64,000 bases of DNA, taken from assembly GCA_026706815.1 (NCBI GenBank), contig JAPOYA010000017.1, positions 4,101-68,100 on the forward strand, given 5' to 3'. Below, one piece after another: positions 1 through 8,272 of this stretch. Positions within the stretch are counted from its first letter, which is position 1; every line of letters starts with the position of its first letter. Both the position numbers and the translations under genes were made by a program. The notes under the pieces are model-generated. The model was not told the DNA's origin. It made no database searches and was given only the letters and a program-made list of their open reading frames with translations. Origin of the DNA: Acidimicrobiaceae bacterium (GTDB lineage: Bacteria; Actinomycetota; Acidimicrobiia; Acidimicrobiales; Aldehydirespiratoraceae).

Positions 1-608
1 GGCGTGCCCACCACCGCGGCCACGCCCAACGATCGGGCGATGATCGCCACATGGCTGGTCGGGCCGCCGGCCTCGGTGATGAAGCCGAGAACCACGCTGG
101 GGTCGAGCATCGCAGTCTCCGCCGCGGTGATCGCCGTTGCCACCAGGATCGACGGCTCTTCAATGGTCCCCAGATCAGCGCTCTCAACCCCGGCGAGGTG
201 GCGACGCACACGGTCGGTGACCTCCACCACGTCGGTGGCCCGGGCCGCGATGTATGGATCGTCGATAGCCGCGAACATGGCAGCGATCTCCGCAGAGGTG
301 TTGGTCACGGCCTCCTCGAGGGTCGCGCCTGAAGCAACTCCAGCGGCCACAGAATCGGCCAACATCGGGTCTTCCGCCATAAGAGCCTGAGCACCGAGAA
401 CCTCAGCGGCTTCGGCGCGGCCGGCGTTGCGCGCGTGTTCCTGCAGCCGGATCAGATCAGCTTGGACCGCCGCCATGGCGTCGTTGAAAGAAGCGACAGG
501 ATCCTCGGTGACAGGAATCTCCACCTCCACCGTGTCGATCACCACCGCGGGCCCGATGGCCACCCCTCCCGCTGCGCCTGTGCCTACGAGCCGTGCCTCG
601 GCCCTCAT
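1..608 (-). CDS. ptsI: PTS enzyme I (phosphoenolpyruvate-protein phosphotransferase), N-terminal ~202 codons; continues past the window start
   Basis: Absent from the ORF track because there is no stop in the window. My minus-strand translation from ATG 608 reads MRAEARLVGTGAAGGVAIGPAVVI...VVLGFITEAGGPTSHVAIIARSLGVAAVVGT. GGxTSHxAIxAR is the EI phospho-histidine block. The ATG overlaps the upstream stop (ATGA, 608-605). Confidence 0.85.
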   Translation of the reverse strand, partial: MRAEARLVGTGAAGGVAIGPAVVIDTVEVEIPVTEDPVASFNDAMAAVQADLIRLQEHARNAGRAEAAEVLGAQALMAEDPMLADSVAAGVASGATLEEAVTNTSAEIAAMFAAIDDPYIAARATDVVEVTDRVRRHLAGVESADLGTIEEPSILVATAITAAETAMLDPSVVLGFITEAGGPTSHVAIIARSLGVAAVVGT

Positions 609-1363
609 CGCTTTCTCCTTGATCTTTTCGGCTTTCTTCCCTTCCCCCACTGTGGTTTCGCGGCAGGCGGCAGGGGGACGAGCAGATCGTCCAGAGTGTC
701 GTAGAGACAGGCCCACGCGACCATCGTGATGCTGGTCGTCATCACCAGGGTGATCAGCGTGATTAGGCCTGTCAGGGGGTTGACGCCGTAGCCGAGAGGC
801 AGCAGGGCGACAAAGTTGAACATGAAGAACAGAGCCAGGATCGCGAACAGCGCGATCCGCCGCTTCTCGCTCAATCGAACGCTGGTGCCCAAGGACCGGA
901 GCGGGCCCTCGACTCTTCCGTCGGCGACGACGTAACCGAAGAACGCATACAGAACAGCGACCAGGAAGAACAGAATCGGGCCGAACAGAGTCCTGAGATA
1001 CTGGAATCCCAGAAAGAACGCCGCCCAGAACCAGAACGAGCAGACCAACTGGTCTACGAAGCGATTCCAGTTTCGAAACGGCGCGGTGATGTCGATGGGT
1101 TCGCTGCGCGCCGCGTTGAGCGCATAGGAGAACCATGGAAGCGACGCTGTGCTCGCCAAGATCAGGCCGACGGTGCTGATCCCCAGAACGCGTAACCGGT
1201 CGTCTTCGGCCCCCCACACCGAAAATGTGCATGCTGCCAAGACAGCGAAAGCAGCAACCGCTGCCAGTGTCAGTGGAATCACATTCGCGACATAACCGCG
1301 CAAGCCGCGCCGGAACATCTCTGATATCGGCAGCGGAAACGGTTTGACTTTGGGTTCGGGCAT
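605..1363 (-). CDS. Polytopic membrane protein of unknown function (about 6 hydrophobic segments, basic C-terminal tail KPQWGKGRKPKRSRRKR)
   Basis: 252-aa ORF with repeated long hydrophobic stretches. Its stop overlaps the ptsI start. I recognise no family motif. Confidence 0.6.
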   Translation of the reverse strand: MPEPKVKPFPLPISEMFRRGLRGYVANVIPLTLAAVAAFAVLAACTFSVWGAEDDRLRVLGISTVGLILASTASLPWFSYALNAARSEPIDITAPFRNWNRFVDQLVCSFWFWAAFFLGFQYLRTLFGPILFFLVAVLYAFFGYVVADGRVEGPLRSLGTSVRLSEKRRIALFAILALFFMFNFVALLPLGYGVNPLTGLITLITLVMTTSITMVAWACLYDTLDDLLVPLPPAAKPQWGKGRKPKRSRRKR

Positions 1364-1476
1364 TCAGGCTCAGTCAAGTCGAATGAAGTTTCAGTAGCCG
1401 GCAGTCTGGCAAAAATACCGAAGTGCCGCCACCCGTGTTCGAGGTTCGCAAACTGCACAGAGCCGGCGAAGAGGCA

Positions 1477-2421
1477 TCAGTGCAAGGCTTGGCCAACACT
1501 CATCTCAAGGGGTGCATCGGTGGTTATTGTCACCGCGGCCCGGTCCTCATCGGTGCAAGGCGGACCGACAGTGTCTGTTGAGCGAACCGCGGTCCGGGCC
1601 CACGCCAGTGCAGTGCGCAGGGCGTCCGGCCCCTTCGCGCCGGCGGCCAAGAAACCGGCGAGCAGCGCATCGCCTGCTCCGACCGTGTTGCGGACGTCGT
1701 TCGCCGGTGAGTTGCCGTAACTGACTCGGTCGTCCACGAGGACCGCTCCGCTGCCCCCCAAACTGACCAGAACCGTGCCCCAGCCGTGACGCTGGAGTTC
1801 GCTGGCGGCATCGACCACATCACCCAGAGTCCACAGCGGTTCTTCAGTCAAGCTCGCCAGTTCTTCGAGGTTCGGCTTCGCTATTGCACAGGGCGTGTGG
1901 GCCATCCGTGCAAGAGCGGCACCGCTGGTGTCGATCACCAGTTTTTCGGTCGTGTCCGGCAGCCGGGTGGCCAGCTGTGCGTAAAAGTCGGCCGGAGCGC
2001 CAGGCGGAAGGCTGCCACTGGCCACCAGCCACTGCGAATCGGCAGCATGTTTTACAGCGGTGTTGAGGAGAGCCTCGCATGCAGTTTCGTTGAGCCGGGG
2101 ACCGCTCTCATTGATCTTCGTTGTGGTGCCGTCGCCCTCGATGATGGTGAGATTGGTGCGAACAGCGCCTTCGATGGCGACTAGGCGGGTCTGGGTTCCT
2201 GCCTGGTTCAACGGAGCGATCAGATCGGCGAGGCCATCGGGGCTGCCCGGAAATACCGCCTGGGCCGGATGTCCGTTCGTTGTCAGCGCCCGCGCCAGAT
2301 TGACGCCTTTGCCTGCGAATTCAACGCTTGCCGTCGTTGCCCTCAGAACCTCACCTCGCTCCAGGCTCCCAATAGACAGGGTGCGGTCGATGCTGGGGTT
2401 CGGAGTGAGCGTGGTGATCAA
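1477..2421 (-). CDS. fruK: 1-phosphofructokinase (PfkB/ribokinase family)
   Basis: N-terminus ITTLTPNPSIDRT, C-terminal NTVGAGDALLAGFLAA (PfkB signature), 314 aa. The TTG start overlaps the upstream stop (TTGA at 2421-2418). Confidence 0.85.
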   Translation of the reverse strand: MITTLTPNPSIDRTLSIGSLERGEVLRATTASVEFAGKGVNLARALTTNGHPAQAVFPGSPDGLADLIAPLNQAGTQTRLVAIEGAVRTNLTIIEGDGTTTKINESGPRLNETACEALLNTAVKHAADSQWLVASGSLPPGAPADFYAQLATRLPDTTEKLVIDTSGAALARMAHTPCAIAKPNLEELASLTEEPLWTLGDVVDAASELQRHGWGTVLVSLGGSGAVLVDDRVSYGNSPANDVRNTVGAGDALLAGFLAAGAKGPDALRTALAWARTAVRSTDTVGPPCTDEDRAAVTITTDAPLEMSVGQALH

Positions 2422-4181
2422 TGCGCTGGGACGGTCCGGTAGTTTTCGAACAGGATCTGCTCGGCTTCAGGCGTCCATTCTCCCCGTTCCCCCAAGGCTG
2501 CGCCAATATCGGGGAACTGTTCAGCCAGCTCAGCGAGGCCCAGCAGCGGTACCCCGCTCACTTGGGGAAAGATCATGACCTTGCCCGCGAAACGGCCCTG
2601 CATCACTGCTTCGACACCGTCACGGGCCGCCTCAATCCCCCCTATGGCTGCCAGATTCAGCGCCGGGGAAAGCGAGCCGTTCATCGCCTTGTCGAGCACC
2701 AGCGCCTGGTCGCTGATCGCGGAACCCGATGTGCCCGTGTACTGGGCGTTGTGAAGGTAGACACGGCTCATGTCGAGCGGACCCATGGTCCCGTTGGCGA
2801 TGCCCGCGAAGAACACCAGCATCCCGTCGGGGTGCATGAGCCGTGCCGCGTCGGCCATAACCGCAGCTACGGGCACGGTCACGACCACATCGTCTGCGCC
2901 TTCACCATCGGTGAGCCTGCTCACCATCTCCTCGGTGGTCTCATCCGCGGCGCTCGGGTCGAACAACACCAGTGTGCGGTCGGCCTTCTCTGCCAGTGGA
3001 CGCAAAGACGCTTCCAGCACAGCCAGACGAATACCGTCGGGATCGACCCCGATGATGGTGGCCGGGCCGCTGTCGCTCTCGATAGCCCGCTGAATGTGCA
3101 TCTGCCCCATCGGACCGCCGGCCCCGATGAACACGGCGGTTCCCCCCCGGCGCAGGTCACAGCGGTTGCGGGCCTCGCCGTATGCAGCGGTTATGTCAGG
3201 TCCTCGGGTGCCGACATAGGCGGTGTAGTCGTAGTGCAGACGGCCGAAATCGATTTGAGGCAAATCGTCGAGGGGGTGTTGCCCGACGAGATTCAAGGTT
3301 CCCCTGAACGCGATCTGGCGGGCCGCGTTGGTCACCTGCACCGCTGAGCGGGGGTCGAGCAGGATGATGTCGTCGAATCCGGCCCCGCCGGTCATTTGCG
3401 CGGTGAGAGCCTCGTAACCGTCAGGCCCGATCCCGTCGGCGACGATCGTCTCGGTATCAGCGCCGATCGACTCGAGGACTCTCTTATGGACTTCACCAGA
3501 CAGATCGGTCAACACGACAGCAGCAGCATCGGCTATGCACTGGCCGAATTGATAGTCGGTTCGGTCGTTTGGATCGCCGATTATCCAGGTCTTGCCGCCT
3601 GCGAGGGGCTCTAGGCGCCTTCGTTGTGTGTATACGGCTTCTACGCAGGCCCACGGCTCCGACAAGGCCGCCGCCGCGTAGCCGATTTCGTCGTTCACGG
3701 GGATCACATAGGCGCCGTCGTCGGCGTCGAGAACCTCAGGGCCGATCAAGTGGTACTGGATCAGGCCGCCGGGAATCGTGTAGCCGTAGGCCGTGCTGCG
3801 TCCGTCGACGTGAATGTCGGGCTGTATTGCCAGACGGTCCCCCTTGTTGAACTTCGAAGCGAGATCAGAGCCCACCTCGATCACGGTGACCGCTGCCTCA
3901 TGACCGAGCCGGGTCGGCTCCACGGCCAGGTCACGGCCATACAGTTTGGGGTGGTCATTGCCCAGGCGGATGAGTTTCACGTCCGAGAAGCAAAGGCCCA
4001 CTGCGTCGATGCGGACTAGCAGTTGGCCCGGGCCTACTTCGGGAACCTCCATCGCTTCGGGAGAACCGTTGTCGCCCATGCTCTCAAGGCCCGTGCCATA
4101 CATGTTCCAGCCGAGGTTCGGTTCTGGCAGCGCGGTGTCGCCGACACGATAATCGGCGAAGGTCCAGCCTTCGGTGGTCAT
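2418..4181 (-). CDS. Unusually long (587 aa) zinc-type medium-chain dehydrogenase/reductase
   Basis: GroES-like N-domain motifs: VRIDAVGLCFSDVKL and LGHEAAVTVIEVG. A GAGGPMG Rossmann motif appears only about 170 residues after the EPWACV hinge. Start trimmed to ATG 4181 (MTTEGW), preceded by GGAGGAG; the longer track ORF overlaps the upstream gene. Confidence 0.75.
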   Translation of the reverse strand: MTTEGWTFADYRVGDTALPEPNLGWNMYGTGLESMGDNGSPEAMEVPEVGPGQLLVRIDAVGLCFSDVKLIRLGNDHPKLYGRDLAVEPTRLGHEAAVTVIEVGSDLASKFNKGDRLAIQPDIHVDGRSTAYGYTIPGGLIQYHLIGPEVLDADDGAYVIPVNDEIGYAAAALSEPWACVEAVYTQRRRLEPLAGGKTWIIGDPNDRTDYQFGQCIADAAAVVLTDLSGEVHKRVLESIGADTETIVADGIGPDGYEALTAQMTGGAGFDDIILLDPRSAVQVTNAARQIAFRGTLNLVGQHPLDDLPQIDFGRLHYDYTAYVGTRGPDITAAYGEARNRCDLRRGGTAVFIGAGGPMGQMHIQRAIESDSGPATIIGVDPDGIRLAVLEASLRPLAEKADRTLVLFDPSAADETTEEMVSRLTDGEGADDVVVTVPVAAVMADAARLMHPDGMLVFFAGIANGTMGPLDMSRVYLHNAQYTGTSGSAISDQALVLDKAMNGSLSPALNLAAIGGIEAARDGVEAVMQGRFAGKVMIFPQVSGVPLLGLAELAEQFPDIGAALGERGEWTPEAEQILFENYRTVPAH

Positions 4182-4215
4182 GAACAGAGCCTCCTCCAAG
4201 AAGCAATAGGCGAGA

Positions 4216-5451
4216 TTAGATCCAGATGGTGGACTGCTGGGACAGGAACGAACGCTCAGCCAACCCGTGCCACACCGAAATGCTGTCGCGGAAGCTGCGC
4301 CACGGCTCGAAGATCGCCCCGAACTGCGGGTCTTCCCCGGCGAGGCCGTTGAGGACATTCTCCGTTTCAGCTTTGAAAGCCCTCATCAATTCCGGTGAGA
4401 ACTCGCGGATGACGGCGAACTGCTGTATGTGTCTCAGATCGATCTGGTTGCGGTAGTCGTAGTGGGCGACCGTGTTGATGTTGGTGGCCATGGCAGCGAT
4501 CTCAACGACGGACTGGTAGTACGGCGGCAGTTCATTCCAGCGTTCAAAGGAGATCTGCACCTCCAGAGTGGCGCCGGGTTCCCACCAGCCCGGGTGGTAG
4601 TAGTACAACTGCCCGTCGAACTCGTCCAAGCCGAGGATCAAATCGTCGGTGGGACCGACGAACTCGGCGCTGTCGATCTCACCCCGCTGGATTGCGTCGC
4701 GAATATCGCCGGCGCCCAAATCGACTTGCTCGCCGCCCAAGTTCTCCAACACCTGACCGGCAAGTCCCGGAATCCGCATTCTCAGCCCGTGCAGGTCGGT
4801 CTCGGTTTTGACTTCCTTGGTGAACCAGCCACCCATCTGACATCCCGTGCTTCCAGCGGGAAAGGTGATGATCTGGTGCTCGTCGGCGTAGAAATCGTTG
4901 AGCATCTTCAACCCGCCGGCATGGTATAGCCAGGCGTTCTGCTGGCGTTGGGTGAGCCCGAACGGAACCGTGGTTCCGAACTGTTGCACCGGGCTGAGAT
5001 CCACGTGGTAGTACGCCGCGCTGTGCCCCATGTCCACTTCGAGGTCGCGCACCGCGGGCAGCACCTCTAAGGCGCCGATGGGTTCGCCTGCGGGTTTGGG
5101 AGTGATCTTGAACGCGCCGCCGGTGAGTTCGCTCACCTTCTGTGCGAAGAACTGCGCCGCGCCGTACAGCGTCACTAGCGATTCGGGCCAACTCGTGGCC
5201 ATGTCCCAGTTGATCTGAGGCCCGGCGAACGAGGTTCCGGCGGTATCGGCGGGGTCCTGGGGCGCCGCGCCGGCGTCGTCAGGGGTCAGCACCTCGTTCT
5301 CCGCGCATGCGGCCAACACGGCGGCGGCTGCTGCAAAACCCGCCACGCCGACAGCGCCCTTTACGAAACCCCGGCGCTGTATCTGCCCCGGCCCGTAGGT
5401 TTCCTCAACGCAGTCGGCCCCCCGTGCTTGTTTCACAATTGCTTCTCCCAC
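4216..5451 (-). CDS. TRAP-type transporter solute-binding protein (DctP family), Tat/lipoprotein signal
   Basis: RRGFVKGAVGVAGFAAAAAVLAAC (twin-arginine plus lipobox), then a DctP-like core (INWDMATSWPE..., GGWFTKEV). No DctQ/DctM genes are adjacent. Start codon uncertain. Confidence 0.75.
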   Translation of the reverse strand: MGEAIVKQARGADCVEETYGPGQIQRRGFVKGAVGVAGFAAAAAVLAACAENEVLTPDDAGAAPQDPADTAGTSFAGPQINWDMATSWPESLVTLYGAAQFFAQKVSELTGGAFKITPKPAGEPIGALEVLPAVRDLEVDMGHSAAYYHVDLSPVQQFGTTVPFGLTQRQQNAWLYHAGGLKMLNDFYADEHQIITFPAGSTGCQMGGWFTKEVKTETDLHGLRMRIPGLAGQVLENLGGEQVDLGAGDIRDAIQRGEIDSAEFVGPTDDLILGLDEFDGQLYYYHPGWWEPGATLEVQISFERWNELPPYYQSVVEIAAMATNINTVAHYDYRNQIDLRHIQQFAVIREFSPELMRAFKAETENVLNGLAGEDPQFGAIFEPWRSFRDSISVWHGLAERSFLSQQSTIWI

Positions 5452-5506
5452 AACGGATTTCCCCAGACAACATAACTGGCCGCGCCCACGACCGGGCTTG
5501 GCCGCT

Positions 5507-6037
5507 CTATGAAGATTGTCTCAGAGTCTTGCGGATCGACTTCATCAGCAATACGAGGTGCAGATCGTCGGTGGGCGACGGCTCGAATTCCGGGATCAAG
5601 TGGTGATAGAAATCTTGGGCTTCGGCGCTCTCAGCATGGACCAGCAAACCCCGACAGCCGATCTCGCCGCCTAACGCGGCCGTGCGTTTCAGCACGTCCA
5701 GCAGCAGGCCCGCGCCGAGCCCATGACCTTCATGGTCGATACTGACGCCAAGCCGGGCCAGCAGTGCCACGGGTTGGGGGTAGCGACCAGCGCCCTTTCG
5801 CAACCGCACAGCTGCGTCCGCAATCTGTATCTGCGCCATGCACCATCCGTAATAGGCGACCACATCGAGGCGCTCAGGTTGGGTGACCACAAATATCTTC
5901 GTCGTGCCCATCGCCGTTGACTGGCGCGCGTGCAGTTGTAGCCATTCGGTCTGCTCGTCTGAGCGGCACTCGAAATTCTCGATCAGATGATCGGTAGTGA
6001 GCGGTGTTGGCGGAAGATAGCGCGGGTTATTCGTCAA
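5507..6037 (-). CDS. GNAT-family acetyltransferase toxin (TacT-like)
   Basis: 176 aa with FECRSDEQTEWL, LLARLGVSIDHEGHGLGAGLL and AQDFYHHL (GNAT A/B motifs). It overlaps the upstream DUF1778-type gene by 11 nt. Confidence 0.8.
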   Translation of the reverse strand: MTNNPRYLPPTPLTTDHLIENFECRSDEQTEWLQLHARQSTAMGTTKIFVVTQPERLDVVAYYGWCMAQIQIADAAVRLRKGAGRYPQPVALLARLGVSIDHEGHGLGAGLLLDVLKRTAALGGEIGCRGLLVHAESAEAQDFYHHLIPEFEPSPTDDLHLVLLMKSIRKTLRQSS

Positions 6038-6314
6038 CGAAGGGTGATGGTCGGGCCATCAGGGTCCGCAAGCCGGGGAGGTCTTCAGCGGGGCGGGCAT
6101 TGATTTCTTCCCACACTTTTGCTGCTTCAGCGCTGAGTGTGAATTCGTTGCGGTCAGCTAACACACGGCGAGCAGCTATCGTCAAATGGGTAACGACGAA
6201 CTCGGTGAGCTGGGTGCGGTTAGCGTTCACCGCTCGGTCAATCAGCGCGCGGTCCGCCGGCGTCAACCGGACCTCGATCCTCTCACTGCGCCGCGGGCGT
6301 ATATCGGTAGCCAC
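6027..6314 (-). CDS. DUF1778/RHH antitoxin (TacA-like)
   Basis: RSERIEVRLTPADRALIDRAV...TEFVV is typical of DUF1778. Start trimmed to GTG 6314 (VATDIRP), preceded by AGGAG. Confidence 0.8.
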   Translation of the reverse strand: MATDIRPRRSERIEVRLTPADRALIDRAVNANRTQLTEFVVTHLTIAARRVLADRNEFTLSAEAAKVWEEINARPAEDLPGLRTLMARPSPFVDE

Positions 6315-6337
6315 TGTTCTCCTGCTCACCTCGAGAC

Positions 6338-6359
6338 AATTGTACGGCAATTGTACGGC
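6338..6359. promoter_or_regulatory. Perfect tandem 11-bp repeat (aattgtacggc x2) 24-45 nt upstream of the antitoxin start; candidate TA operator
   Basis: Read directly: caattgtacggcaattgtacggcaa. Confidence 0.4.
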
Positions 6360-6538
6360 AACCGCAACTTGAATGGAAAGGTTGGAGCGAGTGTTTCGAA
6401 CCAAGAATTGGTTCCGTAGTTGCAAGACAGGTTGATTGAGTCCTGAGTGGGTCCCCGTTCCTAGGTGGCTGTGGACGGAGACCGGCTCGGTCCAGAGCGC
6501 GAAACGCGTCTAGGCGGTTTGACCAGTCTGTTATTGGG

Positions 6539-6609
6539 AGCGGGTGACGGGAATCGAACCCGCGTTATCAGCTTGGGAAGCTGATGTTCTGCCATTGAAC
6601 TACACCCGC
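6539..6609 (-). tRNA. tRNA-Gly (anticodon CCC)
   Basis: Reverse complement GCGGGTGTAGTTCAATGGCAGAACATCAGCTTCCCAAGCTGATAACGCGGGTTCGATTCCCGTCACCCGCT folds as a cloverleaf. Anticodon loop is TTCCCAA. CCA is not encoded. Confidence 0.9.
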
Positions 6610-7032
6610 GGGCATGGCTGATTTGAGCCGAGTTCGGCTAGTCGGCTCGGTCGCAGTCTATTGCCGCTGCTGGCAGCCAACCCACACCGGGTTGACTCAT
6701 CAGAAATATCAGGTGGTCCACACCCGAAGGCATGCCCGTCGTTCAATGCTTCACGCGGGGTGGCTGCACCACCAGGTTTTGCGGGCGGGTGACGGAACGG
6801 GTCTGACTGTCGTCAGCTCGGCCCGCAGTCTATTGGCGCGGGCTTCTGCCAGGCCGAGCATCTAACAGAACTCGACCGCTCGTCGGGCTTCGACCGAACC
6901 AAAATCCGCGCTGACGGAAGTTCCATGGTGACGATGCACGACGCGATTTGGTGGGATGGACTTACGGCTGCGGGTAGGGTCGCCTCGGACCGGCTACGCG
7001 AACCATCGTTGAGTCGATGAGATCGGATACAA

Positions 7033-7599
7033 GTGATTCTCTCTGACCGCTCGCTGCGTGAACAGCTCGAGAACGGGCGCATCATCATTGATCCGCTCGA
7101 CCCCTCGGCGTTGCAGCCTTCGTCGGTGGATTTGAGGCTCGACCGGTTCTTCCAAGTCTTTCGGAACCACACGATGGGCCATATCGACGTGAAAGCGGAC
7201 CTCAGCGACCTCACCCAGTTGGTCGAGATCTCACAGGACGAATCGTTCATCCTGCATCCCGGCGAGTTCGTGTTGGGCAGCACCCTCGAACGGGTCGCGG
7301 TTCCCGATGATCTCGTGGCGCGTCTCGAGGGGAAGTCGAGCCTGGGGCGGCTGGGCCTGTTGATCCACTCAACGGCGGGTTTTGTCGACGCGGGGTTCGA
7401 CGGGCAGCTGACGCTGGAACTCAGCAACGTCGCCAATCTGCCGATCAAGCTGTATCCCGGCATGAAGATCGGACAGATCTCGTTTCAGCAGATGACCACG
7501 GCCGCGGAGCATCCGTACGGCTCTGATCAGCTTCAATCGAAGTACAAGCACCAGCGTGGCCCCATGCCCAGCCGCTATTGGGAGAACTTCGAGAGCTGA
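7033..7599 (+). CDS. dcd: dCTP deaminase
   Basis: [20 protein letters not shown]...[10 protein letters not shown]...[13 protein letters not shown]...LELSN; 188 aa, GTG start. Confidence 0.9.
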   Translation: MILSDRSLREQLENGRIIIDPLDPSALQPSSVDLRLDRFFQVFRNHTMGHIDVKADLSDLTQLVEISQDESFILHPGEFVLGSTLERVAVPDDLVARLEGKSSLGRLGLLIHSTAGFVDAGFDGQLTLELSNVANLPIKLYPGMKIGQISFQQMTTAAEHPYGSDQLQSKYKHQRGPMPSRYWENFES

Positions 7600-7622
7600 G
7601 CCTGACGCCTGAGCCGTGGCGG

Positions 7623-7907
7623 TCAGCGGTATTGGGTCGCGGTGATGATGCCCGCCAGGATCATTCCCAACCCCAGCAGCAGCACTGGATTCGACGTGTC
7701 CCAAAATGAGCCGACGTAGTTGATGATGATCGTCGCGATGCCGACGCCGAGCAGGCCGAACATGAGGATGGGAACCCACTTGGGGCTCGGGGGCATTGTG
7801 TCTTGACCTGTGTGGGACACAGTATCGGGGGTGTATCCGTCGGGTCTGGTTCCTTTGGGGGTGACCCTGCCACCGGACACCCGGCGCTTTGTGGGCTTTT
7901 GGGACAT
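7623..7907 (-). CDS. crgA: Cell division protein CrgA
   Basis: 94 aa with a basic N-terminus (KPTKRRVSGGRVTPKG), SPKWVPILMFGLLGVG and a second TM segment ending TATQYR. This is the CrgA architecture. Confidence 0.8.
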   Translation of the reverse strand: MSQKPTKRRVSGGRVTPKGTRPDGYTPDTVSHTGQDTMPPSPKWVPILMFGLLGVGIATIIINYVGSFWDTSNPVLLLGLGMILAGIITATQYR

Positions 7908-7953
7908 GTGGCAACTCTAGAGGCTCGACGACGTCGGCGGGCCTTCTTTGGGG

Positions 7954-8002
7954 AATCACATGAATGTGATTATCCACGGATTTGCCCACAAGCTGTGGAT
8001 AA
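7954..8002. promoter_or_regulatory. crgA upstream region with an 18-bp palindrome and two inverted DnaA-box-like 9-mers
   Basis: aatcacat-ga-atgtgatt at 7954-7971. TTATCCACG at 7970-7978 (+). TTATCCACA on the minus strand at 7994-8002. Confidence 0.35.
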
Positions 8003-8010
8003 GTCCCGGT

Positions 8011-8262
8011 TCAGTCGACCGGAGCCACCAGATCCATGTCCTCCAGACAGTGCCGGGGAGGCTCCGGATCCTCGTCGGGTGCGACGGTCATACGAACCTC
8101 CGTGCCGCAGATGCTGCAACGGTAGGTGATCTTCACCTTGCGCAGTTCGCCCGCAGGTGGTGGCTCGGGAGCGGGCCGAGCGAGTCCCCGCAGCATCGCC
8201 AACCCGATACGGATGATCAGGAAACCCGCCACCACAGCGATGATCACATTCAACACGTTCAC
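8011..8262 (-). CDS. Small membrane-anchored protein with CxxC...HC zinc-ribbon-like tail
   Basis: 83 aa. N-terminal TM segment (VIIAVVAGFLIIRIGLAML), then YRCSICGTEVRMTV...PRHC. Lies 10 nt downstream of the thiolase-like gene. Confidence 0.5.
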   Translation of the reverse strand: MNVLNVIIAVVAGFLIIRIGLAMLRGLARPAPEPPPAGELRKVKITYRCSICGTEVRMTVAPDEDPEPPRHCLEDMDLVAPVD

Positions 8263-8272
8263 TGCAGCCAGC

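Noticed and set aside
4182-4358. N-terminal extensions of track ORFs, for example 2418-4358, 23911-25068, 45184-46458, 47183-48643, 52433-54529, 55589-57835 and 61607-62458
   Set aside because: The extensions overlap the upstream gene, are Arg/Ser/Pro-rich, and an internal start with an RBS or an ATGA/GTGA overlap gives the canonical family N-terminus. I trimmed the coordinates accordingly.
7908-8010. Possible chromosomal replication origin, because of the DnaA-box consensus sequences near crgA
   Set aside because: There are only two boxes in 103 bp, no AT-rich unwinding element, and no dnaA/dnaN nearby in the window. I treat it as a possible regulatory site instead.
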